Positions 23,461 to 33,333 are shown, counted from the first letter of the stretch. The stretch is DNA of 64,000 nt from a candidate division WOR-3 bacterium (GCA_965648905.1 CBFGIT010000005.1:32001-96000); one strand, 5' to 3'. Made by a program: numbers and translations. The notes: generated from the sequence alone by a model not told the origin.

Positions 23461-23860
23461 TCGTTTCCTCCAGATTGTAGTTGTGCAGGAATGGACGCGT
23501 GGCGCATGAGTGCCCCCCGGTCGCCTGACCGATGGTGAACGACTTCCTTCCGGTCCATTCCTTCCCGCATTGACTTGACGGTAATATTATACCGGCAGAC
23601 CGGCAGATGGTCAATTTTGACGAGTCGAAGACGTTCGACCGGCGGAGCCCGGGCCGGCTTGTTCTGTTTCGGTTTCTCGATAGACCCAGACCTCGGCCCA
23701 TCGGGCACGGTTCCGCCGGAATTGACCGAGGCTCATTCCTCTGGCATACTTATATGGGTTCTTTCCGAATCTTCAAGCGACAATTCTCAGTTCGACGGAG
23801 TTACGGCCCGGGCCGAAATGGTCCGGCGTCGGAGTTGACTTGATTTCTCGGAGGTACGTT

Positions 23861-24220
23861 GTGGAAGAAATGGTCCTTTTCAACCGCTTTGGCAAGTCGG
23901 TCTACCGGTTGTGCGGCGCCGCGTTCTATGACTTCCAGGGCAAGCCCCGAGGTTTCCTCGTCGGCGAGACAATCTATGACCTGCGCGGTCAGCATCGCGG
24001 CTTCTTCACCAAAGGTGTTGCCTGGGACCGGATGGGCCGAGCACTTGGTTTCACCGAGGAAGCCCAGAGCAACGGCCTGCGGCTGCCGATGGCCGAGATT
24101 CCGCCGGTGCCATACCGAAATTTGCCCGCACCACCGGCACCGGCCGATGCTGCGGACCGACCCAAGCCGACGCTCGTTCCGGCCTGGTCGATGATGCAGC
24201 TGGAGAACCTGCTGATCTAG
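23861..24220 (+). CDS. 4-fold beta-flower-like hypothetical protein
   Basis: Repeats FNRFGKSV / YDFQGKPRGF / YDLRGQHRGF / WDRMGRALGF; Pro-rich tail; GGAGG RBS. Confidence 0.65.
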   Translation: MEEMVLFNRFGKSVYRLCGAAFYDFQGKPRGFLVGETIYDLRGQHRGFFTKGVAWDRMGRALGFTEEAQSNGLRLPMAEIPPVPYRNLPAPPAPADAADRPKPTLVPAWSMMQLENLLI

Positions 24221-24283
24221 CACCCCGGTTCTTGACCCGGCGCAGGCACGGGTTAGAATAGCAGCGAATCCAAAGGAGTATCA

Positions 24284-24868
24284 ATGCTCAGATGCGTTGC
24301 ATTTCTCTCGGTGCTTGCGGCGTGCGCAACTGCCTCGTTCCAGGTCGGCGGTAGAGTCAGCGCAGCGTGGGACAATCATGAGTTCGTGGTCAGCAGTGGC
24401 TCGGAGCTGGCCCGGCTCTGGTTCACCGCGCCGGCCGGCTGCGTCTACTCGGTAAGTGTCAAGGGTGACTCCGGGGCCCAGACTACGACGCGGGTCCACA
24501 TGACCGGCCCGGTTCAACTCAAGGGCAAGGGCCGGTTCACAATTACGGTCGCCCACGATTCCGGAGCAGGCGAGTGGCGGTGCCAGGACGTGGGTGGCGA
24601 CCTACAACTGCTGAAGTTCGAGAGCTTCGTCGACCCGAAACACCCGGTCCGGTTCCGTTTCACCACCGAAGAGGACAAGACAGTCTGGCATTTCTCGGCA
24701 CCGTCAGAAGGGACTTTCCTGGTGCGGAATATCGGCCCCAGCGGCAAGGCGACCGAGGAGCAGGACATCGCCGATGCCGCCGAGTTCGAGTTCTTCGGCT
24801 CGGGTACGTTCACGGTCGAGGTTGCGGCGGCGGATGAGTCGGGCCGTTTCACCGCGGCACTCAAATAG
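24284..24868 (+). CDS. Secreted beta-rich hypothetical protein
   Basis: Signal peptide, AAGGAG RBS, promoter TTGACC-16-TAGAAT (24232-24259); two similar halves ending G.G.FT(I/V).V. Confidence 0.75.
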   Translation: MLRCVAFLSVLAACATASFQVGGRVSAAWDNHEFVVSSGSELARLWFTAPAGCVYSVSVKGDSGAQTTTRVHMTGPVQLKGKGRFTITVAHDSGAGEWRCQDVGGDLQLLKFESFVDPKHPVRFRFTTEEDKTVWHFSAPSEGTFLVRNIGPSGKATEEQDIADAAEFEFFGSGTFTVEVAAADESGRFTAALK

Positions 24869-24941
24869 CTGCCGGCGGCCGAACGCGCCTGACCATTCAA
24901 TCGTAGAAGCGCAGTATCAGCTAAACGTAAGGAGCAAACAA

Positions 24942-25418
24942 GTGTCAAAGATAGGAATCGTCGTCCTCAGTCTGCTCGCGGTGGTTGTGCTCGGAGTCAG
25001 TTCCGGGTGCATGAAGTGCGGCGAGAAGGCAATGGAGCGCATCGCCGAGCGGAGCATCGAGAAGGCCGCGGAAAAGGCGACCGGCGGCAAGGCGAAAATC
25101 GACGTCGGCAGTACGGTCGACATCTCGGGGCTGCCGGCAGAGTTCCGCTATGCCGGGGCAGTGGCCAAGAGCCGCTGGACCATGACCAATGACGACGGCA
25201 CAGGTGCGGCGTACATGCTCGAGACGAGCGACCCGGTCAGGACGGTTGTCGAGTTCTATAAGCGGGCACTGACCGGCTGGAAGGACCAGGCGACGATGGA
25301 GTCGGACGAGACGACCGTGCTGACTGCCGCTCGACCAGACGGCAAGGCGAGTGTCACGGTCAGCGTCCAGTCAAGCGAAGGCAAGACCGTCATCAGTATC
25401 GTCCACACAACCAAGTAA
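24942..25418 (+). CDS. Hypothetical lipoprotein
   Basis: AAGGAG RBS; hydrophobic leader ending SSGC; LPAEF..YAGA...TSDPVRTVVEFYK..L.GW. Confidence 0.75.
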   Translation: MSKIGIVVLSLLAVVVLGVSSGCMKCGEKAMERIAERSIEKAAEKATGGKAKIDVGSTVDISGLPAEFRYAGAVAKSRWTMTNDDGTGAAYMLETSDPVRTVVEFYKRALTGWKDQATMESDETTVLTAARPDGKASVTVSVQSSEGKTVISIVHTTK

Positions 25419-25431
25419 TCGTTGCAGTCAG

Positions 25432-25470
25432 AGACACCGGGCAGGCATGACCGCCTGCCCGGTGTCTTGT
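25432..25470 (+). terminator. Stem-loop, probable terminator
   Basis: 15-bp perfect stem AGACACCGGGCAGGC/GCCTGCCCGGTGTCT just after the lipoprotein stop. Confidence 0.7.
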
Positions 25471-25619
25471 CCGCGAGAATCGGCAGATAAGATACGGTAC
25501 TCTGAGTTGTCAATATGTTACGTCGGTTGCGGGGTGACTGGAGACGGGAGATTCTCTAGGTCCCGGAGCTCGAAGCAGGCGGTCGGGATGAATCTGAGCA
25601 GCAGAATCGGGTTGAAGCG

Positions 25620-25930
25620 GCCGGCCTCTGACCAGAGAGTTCCTCCTGCGGCTTGCGGCGCGGATTGGAAGGCGGCTTGCCGAGCGGCTCCTGAAGCGGA
25701 TTGGTAAGCGACGCCCGAAGCGACTCAGGCTGTGCACCCGAGAGCGCAGTGCCGAGCCGCAAGGAGAGCCGAAAGGGCTGCGCCTCGGGTCGCGACAGTC
25801 GCCGGGGCTCGGGCCACGCCGGCCTGAGCCGCGGCCCAAGCCGCAGGGAAAGCCGCGACGAGAGCGCTTCAGGGTTCGCTCCGGGCAGCGGTTCCCTGAG
25901 CCGTATAGGGAACCGTTCCCCCCGGGGGTT
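25620..25930. repeat. Degenerate 12-nt-period intergenic array (array B)
   Basis: GATTGGAAGGCG/GCTTGCCGAGCG/GCTCCTGAAGCG/GATTGGTAAGCG/ACGCCCGAAGCG from 25663; register continues to about 25920. Confidence 0.7.
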
Positions 25931-26189
25931 CTGGATACTGCTCCATTTTCAGCTAACTCCATGATACTTTGAGGGTTGAGTCTCGAAACCGGCCAGGTCG
26001 TCATTATACAGATTCGCCAAGTGGCCTTTGTGTCGCTATCTCTGAGACATGCGAAGACCGCCTTTCGGTTTCCGTGATGGCCTCGGCCTGGGTGTTTGGT
26101 GCTCTGGGGACGAATCGCCGGCAAGGTCGCCAAGGATGCTTCGCATTCCCGCAACGACAGGAGAGAGAAGAGACGACGGCGAATCATGC

Positions 26190-26249
26190 TTGACTTTGTC
26201 TGGATGCGCTCTAAACTTAGATGAGGCTAATAATGTTAGTTTCAGCTAA
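26190..26249 (+). promoter_or_regulatory. Promoter with two tandem DtxR/MntR-type operator boxes
   Basis: TTGACT-16-TAAACT. Boxes TTAGATGAGGCTAA (26217-26230) and TTAGTTTCAGCTAA (26236-26249) match the TTAG-N6-CTAA core of DtxR/IdeR operators. Confidence 0.8.
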
Positions 26250-26739
26250 GAAGAACAGTGGCCCGGCACCGCTGGGTGAAAGCGGCGAGGACTACCTTGA
26301 GGCGGTCTTTGTTCTGAGTCGGCAGCAGCGGCAGGTGCGGGTGCGGGACATTGCCGCGCGGATTGAGGTCAGTCTGCCTTCAGTGGTTGCGGCGCTGGCT
26401 CAACTGGAGAGGCGCGGGCTGGTCGAGCACGAGCGCTACGGCGAGGTTGTGCTGACCGCGGCAGGCGCAGCCCGAGCCGAGGCGGTGCATCGCCGCCACC
26501 AGTTGCTGCACCGGTTCCTGCACGAGGTCCTGGGTGTAAGGGAGTCGGTGGCCGAGCGCGACGCATGCCGGCTGGAGCATGCGCTGTCGCCAGAGACCGT
26601 AAGTCGACTTGCCCGGCTGGTCAGGCTGGTGTTGGAGCAGGATGTCGATGGCGCCGCGTTCGTTCGGGCCTTGAAGCGGGTAGCAGGGCGAAGCCGCAGC
26701 GACGCGCCGGAGGAAGATGATGGTGAAGCGGCTGAGTGA
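26233..26739 (+). CDS. DtxR/MntR family metal-dependent repressor
   Basis: EDYLEAV, HTH, HERYG.V.LT, RRHQLL..FL..VLG, DACRLEH; start position uncertain. Confidence 0.92.
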   Translation: MLVSAKKNSGPAPLGESGEDYLEAVFVLSRQQRQVRVRDIAARIEVSLPSVVAALAQLERRGLVEHERYGEVVLTAAGAARAEAVHRRHQLLHRFLHEVLGVRESVAERDACRLEHALSPETVSRLARLVRLVLEQDVDGAAFVRALKRVAGRSRSDAPEEDDGEAAE

Positions 26740-27229
26740 GTTGGCCGTGGGCGAGCGGGCGGTCGTGAAGTCGGTTGAGGGCGAACCGGCCGTGAGGAGA
26801 CGGCTGCGGGCAATGGGTTTTGTGGCCGGAGTGGAGGTGCGGGTCAGGCGCTGTGCGCCGATGGGCGACCCGGTTGCCTATGACCTGCTGGGCTACTGTC
26901 TGTCTTTGCGCCGAGAAGAAGCCGCGCTGGTGCTGGTTGGGCCTTTGCCGGCGCTGAGCCTGCTGTCGGCACCGGCCGGAGCGAGACTACGGGTGCTCGA
27001 GGTCGTCGGCGGCTGGGGTATGAGACGTCGACTTGCTGCTCTGGGTGTGGTCGAATCGGCCGAGGTGATGAAGGTGGCGGGCGGTGATTCGGGTCCGTTC
27101 GAGATAGAAGCCGGAGGGCGGCGGAGCAGCATCGGCCGAGGGGTGGCAGCACGGGTCATGGTCGAGCTGGCGGCATCATGGAAAGATGAACGTGCGAGGA
27201 TTGGGGAATGCCCCGGAAACGCGAGATGA
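26720..27229 (+). CDS. feoA: Ferrous iron transport protein A (two FeoA domains)
   Basis: RRRLRAMGFVAG...APMGDP...LSLRREEA, then RRRLAALG...IGRGVAARVMV. Confidence 0.9.
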   Translation: MVKRLSELAVGERAVVKSVEGEPAVRRRLRAMGFVAGVEVRVRRCAPMGDPVAYDLLGYCLSLRREEAALVLVGPLPALSLLSAPAGARLRVLEVVGGWGMRRRLAALGVVESAEVMKVAGGDSGPFEIEAGGRRSSIGRGVAARVMVELAASWKDERARIGECPGNAR

Positions 27230-29232
27230 GGATTGCGCTGGCCGGCAATCCTAATTCCGGGAAGACGAGTATCTTCAATGCTCTGACCGGCGCGCATCAG
27301 TACGTCGGGAACTGGCCGGGCGTGACGGTCGAGCGGAAAGAGGGGCGTTTCACCTTTGAGGGGCACGAGGTCCGCCTCGTTGACCTTCCCGGAACCTATG
27401 CGCTTGACGCCTACACGTTGGATGAGCGGGTGGCGCGCGAATACCTGGTCAACGAGAACCCGGATGCGGTCATTGCGGTGGTGGACGCTTCGAATCTGGA
27501 ACGCAACCTCTACCTGGTTGCGCAGCTCATTGAACTCGGGGCTCGGGTCATTATCGCCCTGAACATGGTTGACGTAGCTGAGGCGCGCGGGCTCGAGATC
27601 GATGCCGACAAACTGGGTACGTTGCTCGGGGTGAAGGTGGTGCCGACGGTCGCGTCGAAGAACATCGGCATCGACCGGTTGCGGCGTGCAGTCCACGACA
27701 TCCACACTGATGCCCCGCTGTCTGGATTGCGGGTTTCGTATGGTGAGGACATCGAGACCCGTCTGGCTCGACTAATTGAGGTGGTGCGGGCGGCCTGGCC
27801 CGAACGCGCGGACCGCGCCCGCTGGTGGGCGCTCAAGCTGCTTGAGCACGACCCGTCGGCACTGGCCGAGATGGAGTCGTCCGGCGCCGCGGACCGAATC
27901 CGGCCGGTGCTGGAATCGGTTCGGACCAGTCTGGAGAAGCACGTCGGTACTGATGCCGAGACCGCGGTAGTAGAGCGGCGGTACGGGTTCTTGTCCGGCC
28001 TGGTCAAGGAGTGCACGCGGCGCCGGCCCGGCCTGAGCGGACGGCTGGGCGCGTCGGATGATATTGACCGTGTTGTGCTCAACCGCTGGATTGGAATTCC
28101 CTTGTTTCTCGCCTTGATGTGGGGCACGTTTCAGCTTGTGTTCACGGTCGGCGCGCCGCTCAGCGACCTGATTGACCGCTTGTTCGGCTGGCTCGGCAGG
28201 CAGGCCGGGACCGGGATTTCTTTGCTCGGTGCGCCAGAGTGGCTGGCGTCGCTTGCGGCTGGCGGACTGATTGCCGGGGTCGGCTCGGTACTGGTTTTCG
28301 TCCCGAACATCATCATCTTGTTTTTCGTCATCTCGCTGCTGGAGGAGTCGGGCTACATGGCCCGGTCCGCGTTCGTGATGGACCGGTTCATGCACCTGCT
28401 CGGCCTGCACGGCAAGTCGTTCATCCCGATGATGGTCGGCTTTGGCTGCAATGTGCCGGCGATTCTGGCCACGAGGACGCTGGAATCGCGCAAGGACCGG
28501 ATTCTGACAATCCTTGTCAATCCACTGATGTCCTGCTCGGCCCGCCTGCCGGTCTACGTTCTCTTCGCGGGCGCGTTCTTCAGTCGGCACCAGGGTCTGG
28601 TGGTGTTTTCACTCTATCTGTTGGGCATCGTGCTCGCCGTGCTCGTGGCACGGCTGTTCAAGTGGTTGTTCTTCAAGGAGGAAGCAGCACCGCTGATCAT
28701 GGAGCTGCCGCCCTATCACCTGCCGACCGTGCGCAGCATCCTGACGCACACTTGGGAGCGTGCCTGGCTGTTTGTCCGCCGAGCCGGTACGGTTATCGCG
28801 CCGGCTTCGGTCGCAATCTGGCTGCTGGCCGGTCTGCCCTGGGGTGTCAAGTACGCTTCGGAATCGAGCATCATCGGCCGGCTCGGCGCGGTCATCGCAC
28901 CGCTGCTTCGACCCGCGGGTTTCGGCTACTGGTGGGCCGCGGTTTCACTTGTGGCTGGAGTCATTGCCAAGGAGCTGGTAGTCAGTACGATGGCCTCACT
29001 CCACAGTACCGGGCCTGACGGCCTGGGCGCGGTACTGCGGCAGGTGTTCACGCCGGTCTCGGCGTATGCGTTCATGGTGATGTCCCTGGTCTATATTCCC
29101 TGCGTGGCCACGGTCGCGGCCATCAAGCGCGAGACCAACTGGCGCTGGACCGCGCTGGCAGTCGGGTACACGCTTGCCCTGGTCTGGCTCCTGGCTGTTG
29201 CCGTCTTTCAGTTCGGGAGTCGGTGGGCATGA
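27208..29232 (+). CDS. feoB: Ferrous iron transporter B
   Basis: GNPNSGKT, VGNWPGVTVE, DLPGTY, NMVD, GFGCNVPA, MSCSARLPVY, YIPCVAT. Confidence 0.98.
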   Translation: MPRKREMRIALAGNPNSGKTSIFNALTGAHQYVGNWPGVTVERKEGRFTFEGHEVRLVDLPGTYALDAYTLDERVAREYLVNENPDAVIAVVDASNLERNLYLVAQLIELGARVIIALNMVDVAEARGLEIDADKLGTLLGVKVVPTVASKNIGIDRLRRAVHDIHTDAPLSGLRVSYGEDIETRLARLIEVVRAAWPERADRARWWALKLLEHDPSALAEMESSGAADRIRPVLESVRTSLEKHVGTDAETAVVERRYGFLSGLVKECTRRRPGLSGRLGASDDIDRVVLNRWIGIPLFLALMWGTFQLVFTVGAPLSDLIDRLFGWLGRQAGTGISLLGAPEWLASLAAGGLIAGVGSVLVFVPNIIILFFVISLLEESGYMARSAFVMDRFMHLLGLHGKSFIPMMVGFGCNVPAILATRTLESRKDRILTILVNPLMSCSARLPVYVLFAGAFFSRHQGLVVFSLYLLGIVLAVLVARLFKWLFFKEEAAPLIMELPPYHLPTVRSILTHTWERAWLFVRRAGTVIAPASVAIWLLAGLPWGVKYASESSIIGRLGAVIAPLLRPAGFGYWWAAVSLVAGVIAKELVVSTMASLHSTGPDGLGAVLRQVFTPVSAYAFMVMSLVYIPCVATVAAIKRETNWRWTALAVGYTLALVWLLAVAVFQFGSRWA

Positions 29233-29495
29233 TTCGACGGGTCCTGGCCGAGATGGAGCATGGTACGGCGACCGTCAAAGAGCTGAGCCGCAAGCTCGGA
29301 ATTGAGCCGGGTGTGCTTGAGGGTATGCTCGGGTACATGGTACGCAAGGGGCTTGTGCGCGCGGTCTACCCCCAATGCCGAACCAAGGGATGTCGAGGCT
29401 GTCGTTACTCGGGCCGCTGTGAGGAGCGGCCGGTGATCGGCTATGAGCGCGTCGCGAAGATGAGCCGCGACCAGGGGCGCGGCGCCGGGAATTAG
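29229..29495 (+). CDS. feoC: FeoC-like winged-helix Fe-S protein
   Basis: wHTH (ELSRKLGIEPGVLEGMLGYMVRKG) plus CRTKGCRGCRYSGRC; directly after feoB. Confidence 0.8.
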   Translation: MIRRVLAEMEHGTATVKELSRKLGIEPGVLEGMLGYMVRKGLVRAVYPQCRTKGCRGCRYSGRCEERPVIGYERVAKMSRDQGRGAGN

Positions 29496-29496
29496 C

Positions 29497-30336
29497 ATGC
29501 ACGCGAACTTCGGATTCGCCCTGGTGCTGTCCGCGGCGGCAGCGTGTGCCACGACGCTCGGAAGCCTGGCCGGGCTGGTGGTGCGCCGTCCCGGCTCCAG
29601 ATTCATGGCCGCAAGCCTCGGGTTCTCAGCCGGAGTGATGATGCTGGTGTCGTTTGCCGAGCTATTGCGCACGAGCATCAACGTCATCGGGTTTCTGCCG
29701 GCGATGCTTGCCTTTTTCGGTGGTATGGGCATTATGTTCCTCGTGGACGCCGTGGTGCCGCACGAGTTCATCAGCGAGCACAGCCTGCCGCCCGGGCCGG
29801 GCTTCTGCACCGACGACCAGCCCGGGGCCGGGCCGGGCCAGCGGCACCGGTTCGGACAGCGGCATGGCGCCGGGGTCGAGCCGCGGCAGTTGCTGCGGAC
29901 CGGGTTGCTCATCGCTCTGGGCATCGGCATCCACAATCTGCCCGAGGGCATGGCGACCTTTGCCGGCGCTCTGCAGAGCCGGGGCCTGGGCCTGGCCATT
30001 GCCGCCGCGATTGCCCTGCACAACATTCCCGAGGGGCTGGCCGTGGCGGTGCCGGTGTTCTGCGCCACCGGGTCGTGGCGCAAGGCAGTGACCTGGTCGT
30101 CGCTCTCGGGCGCGGCCGAGCTGGCCGGTGCGCTCTTGGCCGCGGTCGTGCTGCTGCCGTTCCTTACCCCGACGTTCCTCAACTACGTGCTGGCCGCGGT
30201 GGGTGGGCTGATGGTCTTCATATCGTTCGACGAGCTGATTCCCGGGTCATACGCCTATGGCCACGAGCACTACAGCGTGGCCGGCATCGTGGGCGGTATG
30301 GCCTTGATGGCGGCGAGCATCTGGCTGCTGGGCTAG
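29497..30336 (+). CDS. zupT: ZIP family metal transporter ZupT
   Basis: LGFSAGVM, IHNLPEG, IALHNIPEGLAV, SGAAE, FISFDELIP. Confidence 0.92.
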   Translation: MHANFGFALVLSAAAACATTLGSLAGLVVRRPGSRFMAASLGFSAGVMMLVSFAELLRTSINVIGFLPAMLAFFGGMGIMFLVDAVVPHEFISEHSLPPGPGFCTDDQPGAGPGQRHRFGQRHGAGVEPRQLLRTGLLIALGIGIHNLPEGMATFAGALQSRGLGLAIAAAIALHNIPEGLAVAVPVFCATGSWRKAVTWSSLSGAAELAGALLAAVVLLPFLTPTFLNYVLAAVGGLMVFISFDELIPGSYAYGHEHYSVAGIVGGMALMAASIWLLG

Positions 30337-30340
30337 CATC

Positions 30341-31198
30341 ATGCCATTCGACCAGGACACCGCAGTTCGACTGGTGTCTTTCTTCCTACCGGTCATGGCC
30401 TTGTACTTCCTGTCCGGCATCGCCCTGGCGATACTCTACCACCTCAGTCTGTACTACATTGATGGCGAGTATCGGGTCAAGAGCGAGCTGTTCCTGGACA
30501 TAACGGTAAGCGTACTGCGGGGCCTGCTCTATGTCTTTGCTTGGCCGGTGGTGCTCTACTTTGACCGGAGTGCCTTGACGCGTGTCAGGGACTTCATCAA
30601 CTACCTGGACCCGAACAAGCGCCAGCACGACGACGAGGTCTATGCCCAGGCGCATGAGGCGCGGCGGCGTCAGCAGGCGCATGCCCAAGCCCTGGAACGG
30701 GAGAAGCGCGAACGTCGCCGCGCGGTCGAACAGGAGACGCACGCGGAGCGCGACAAGCTGCTTCAGGTCGTCCATGAGCGCAACCCTGACCTCGAGCAGT
30801 ACTGGTTCCTTGCCGCAGTCGGCTCGACCTCGAGCGGCGCGAGCGAGCTCGTACTGCTGTATGACCCGCACGACCTGGCAGAAGAGGTAGGGGAAAAGGC
30901 CCGGCGCGAGGTCTGGGTGCGCAGTCATACCGAATGCCCGAAATGCGGCGGCCGTGTTTCGCCGGTGCATGTCGAGGTTCCGGACCCGTTCTTTCTGCGG
31001 GTGGTCAGTCCGGGCACGGGCAAGACCGTGCTTGAAGGCTGGGCTGTGCGCGGCGAGTACCGGGTGAAGTATGACCAGTGCTACGACTGCGATGCCGAAG
31101 TTCCGGACCGGGTCAGGCCGATTGCCGAACTCGGGCCGGCGTCTGATGTGGTGCGGAACATGCGTGCAGGCGTGACGCTGCACTATGACCTGCCATGA
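30341..31198 (+). CDS. Hypothetical membrane protein with coiled coil and zinc-ribbon motifs
   Basis: Two N-terminal TM segments, charged helical stretch, CPKC and CYDC. Confidence 0.7.
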   Translation: MPFDQDTAVRLVSFFLPVMALYFLSGIALAILYHLSLYYIDGEYRVKSELFLDITVSVLRGLLYVFAWPVVLYFDRSALTRVRDFINYLDPNKRQHDDEVYAQAHEARRRQQAHAQALEREKRERRRAVEQETHAERDKLLQVVHERNPDLEQYWFLAAVGSTSSGASELVLLYDPHDLAEEVGEKARREVWVRSHTECPKCGGRVSPVHVEVPDPFFLRVVSPGTGKTVLEGWAVRGEYRVKYDQCYDCDAEVPDRVRPIAELGPASDVVRNMRAGVTLHYDLP

Positions 31199-31980
31199 GT
31201 AGCGCCAGGCGACTAATCCTGCTCGTGCTGCTGGCCCGGGCATGGGCCGGACCGTTGCACGTGGTGCAAATCTATGACGGCGATACGTTCCAGACCGAGG
31301 ACAGCGCGGTCGTGCGCATGCTCGGCATCGATGCACCCGAGACGTACCAGCCAGGCGGTGACATAGCCCGGGACATCCTGGAGAAGTACCTGCTCGGGAA
31401 AGAGGTGCGGTTGGAGCCTGATGGGACAGACAAGGACAAGTATGGCCGGTTGCTCCGTTACGTCTACGTCGGCGACACGATGGTCAACTTCGAGCTGGTG
31501 CGCAAGGGCTACGCTTCGTACCGCAGCTTCCAATCCAGCCTCAAGTACCAAGACACGCTGGCCAGGCTCGAACAGGAAGCGGCCCGCATCGGCAAAGGCC
31601 TGTGGCCGTTCAATGTCTTCACGCCACCGACCATCGAGCTGCTCAAAGAGAAGGTTGTGGCCGAGTCGGCGCGGAGTGGTACCGGGTTGCGCTTGGTATC
31701 GTGGCTTGACGCGGGCAACTTTGTCGGTCGTCTGGTAACGGTCGAAGGCACGGTTGTAGCGACCTACAATTCAGGCAAGGTGTGTCACCTGAACTTTCAT
31801 CAGGACTACCGGAAGTACTTCAGCGTAGCGATATTCAGCCAGGACTTCGACAAGTTCCCGCCCAGCCCTGAAGATTACTACAAGAAGCGGCGTGTCCGGG
31901 TCACCGGCATTGTGAAGGAATACAAGGGTGCACCTGAGATTGTCGTCAATGACCCGGGGCAGATAGCGGTCATCGAGTAA
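31195..31980 (+). CDS. Secreted thermonuclease (SNase) with C-terminal OB-fold
   Basis: YDGDT, RMLGIDAPE, DKYGRLLRYV, GKGLW; VTVEGTV...VRVTG.V.EYKG.PEI. Confidence 0.9.
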   Translation: MSSARRLILLVLLARAWAGPLHVVQIYDGDTFQTEDSAVVRMLGIDAPETYQPGGDIARDILEKYLLGKEVRLEPDGTDKDKYGRLLRYVYVGDTMVNFELVRKGYASYRSFQSSLKYQDTLARLEQEAARIGKGLWPFNVFTPPTIELLKEKVVAESARSGTGLRLVSWLDAGNFVGRLVTVEGTVVATYNSGKVCHLNFHQDYRKYFSVAIFSQDFDKFPPSPEDYYKKRRVRVTGIVKEYKGAPEIVVNDPGQIAVIE

Positions 31981-31983
31981 CCC

Positions 31984-33333
31984 GTGGAGCAGGAACAGGA
32001 CAGGAGTCCAGTGCCAGAGGTCGCAGACGCGGCCGGCGAAGTGCAGGGCCATAGCGAGAGTGCTGAAGTCAGTGTGCAGCGAGCAGGGGTGCGGGCTCGT
32101 CGGACAGTGTTTGTCGTTGGCATCGGCGTTGCCGTCCTTGCCGTCGGGGTCTTTGTGGCGAGAGCAAAGACCCGGCCCCAGCCCAAGTGCGGGCCGGACT
32201 TGCCTTGTGCTGATTCGAGCTACTTTGCCCAGGACAGCCTGAGCGGCAAGGAGGTGTTCGCATCGGTGCTCTCTCGCTGGGAAGTGCCCGTGTCGCTAAT
32301 CAATCAGGCCTATTCGGCTCTGGCCCGAACCGACTTCAACTTCCGCAACATGAGGCCGGGCGAGCGGGTCACGCTTGAGTACCACGGCCTGGTTCTGGCC
32401 GGCCTTGAGTATCACAAGGACCGGGTCACAAGCTATGCGGTAACCTTTGATTCTTCCGGTGCAACTGCGTCGAAGCGAACCCGACCGGTTGATACAGTCC
32501 GCGCGGTCGTGCGCGGCACGGTTAAGGGGTCGCTCTGGAACTCGCTGGTCGGTCAGGGTGAACTGCCCGAACTGGTGGTGCAGTTTGCCGAGATACTGTC
32601 GTACGAGGTCGACTTCTTCGCCGAGTGCAATGAGGGCGACTCGTTTGAGCTGCTGCTCGACCGGTGCTATGTCGATACTTCGTTCTACCGGAACGGCCGC
32701 ATCTATGCGGTTCACTACCGGGGGCGAACCGGGAACTTCTACGGCTTCTATTTCCGGGCGCCGAACGGGCACTGGGACTACTACAACGAGAAAGGTCAGT
32801 CGCTCAGGAAAACAGTGCTCCGCTCACCGCTCACGTTTGCCAAGGTCACTTCCTACTTCGGCAATCGGTTCCACCCGATACTTCGGACCTATCGTCAGCA
32901 TCATGGGGTTGACTACGGCGCTCCGACCGGCACGCCGGTGTCGGCGATTGCCGATGGTACCGTGACCAAAGCGCAGTGGTCCGGCGGCTACGGTAACCTG
33001 GTTGAAATCCGCCATTCCGGTGGCCTGCTTTCGCGCTACGGACATCTTTCGCGCTATGGGCCGGGCATCCGTGGCGGCCAGCGCGTCCGCCAGGGACAAA
33101 CCGTGGGCTACGTCGGCTCTACCGGGCTCTCGACCGGCCCGCACCTTCACTTCGAAGTGCATCAGGGCGGCAGGGCGGTTAACCCGCTCAAGGTCATCCC
33201 GCCACGGGCCGAACCGGTGGCCAGAAAGGACATGCCTGAATTTGAGCGGCTGCGGGACGAGTACATCAGCCAGTTGCGGAGCCCGGCTGGTCCGATACTG
33301 CCGCAAGCGTCTGATTCGGTCGCAGCGCACTAG
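31984..33333 (+). CDS. M23 family peptidoglycan endopeptidase (MepM-like)
   Basis: N-terminal TM anchor; RFHPIL, HHGVDYGAP, YGHLS, STGPHLHFE. Confidence 0.93.
   Translation: MEQEQDRSPVPEVADAAGEVQGHSESAEVSVQRAGVRARRTVFVVGIGVAVLAVGVFVARAKTRPQPKCGPDLPCADSSYFAQDSLSGKEVFASVLSRWEVPVSLINQAYSALARTDFNFRNMRPGERVTLEYHGLVLAGLEYHKDRVTSYAVTFDSSGATASKRTRPVDTVRAVVRGTVKGSLWNSLVGQGELPELVVQFAEILSYEVDFFAECNEGDSFELLLDRCYVDTSFYRNGRIYAVHYRGRTGNFYGFYFRAPNGHWDYYNEKGQSLRKTVLRSPLTFAKVTSYFGNRFHPILRTYRQHHGVDYGAPTGTPVSAIADGTVTKAQWSGGYGNLVEIRHSGGLLSRYGHLSRYGPGIRGGQRVRQGQTVGYVGSTGLSTGPHLHFEVHQGGRAVNPLKVIPPRAEPVARKDMPEFERLRDEYISQLRSPAGPILPQASDSVAAH

Noticed and set aside
25692..25694. In-frame TGA in array B as selenocysteine or recoding
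   Set aside because: No redox motif, no evident SECIS and no evidence the frame is coding; genuine genes here end in TGA.
25620..25930. 12-nt arrays as CRISPR arrays
   Set aside because: No identical 23-47-nt repeats with unique spacers, and no cas genes in the window.
25510..26187. 225-aa minus-strand ORF across array B
   Set aside because: Arg/Ser/Gly-rich low-complexity translation with no clear RBS and no similarity to translations of the other arrays; not called, though not formally excluded.
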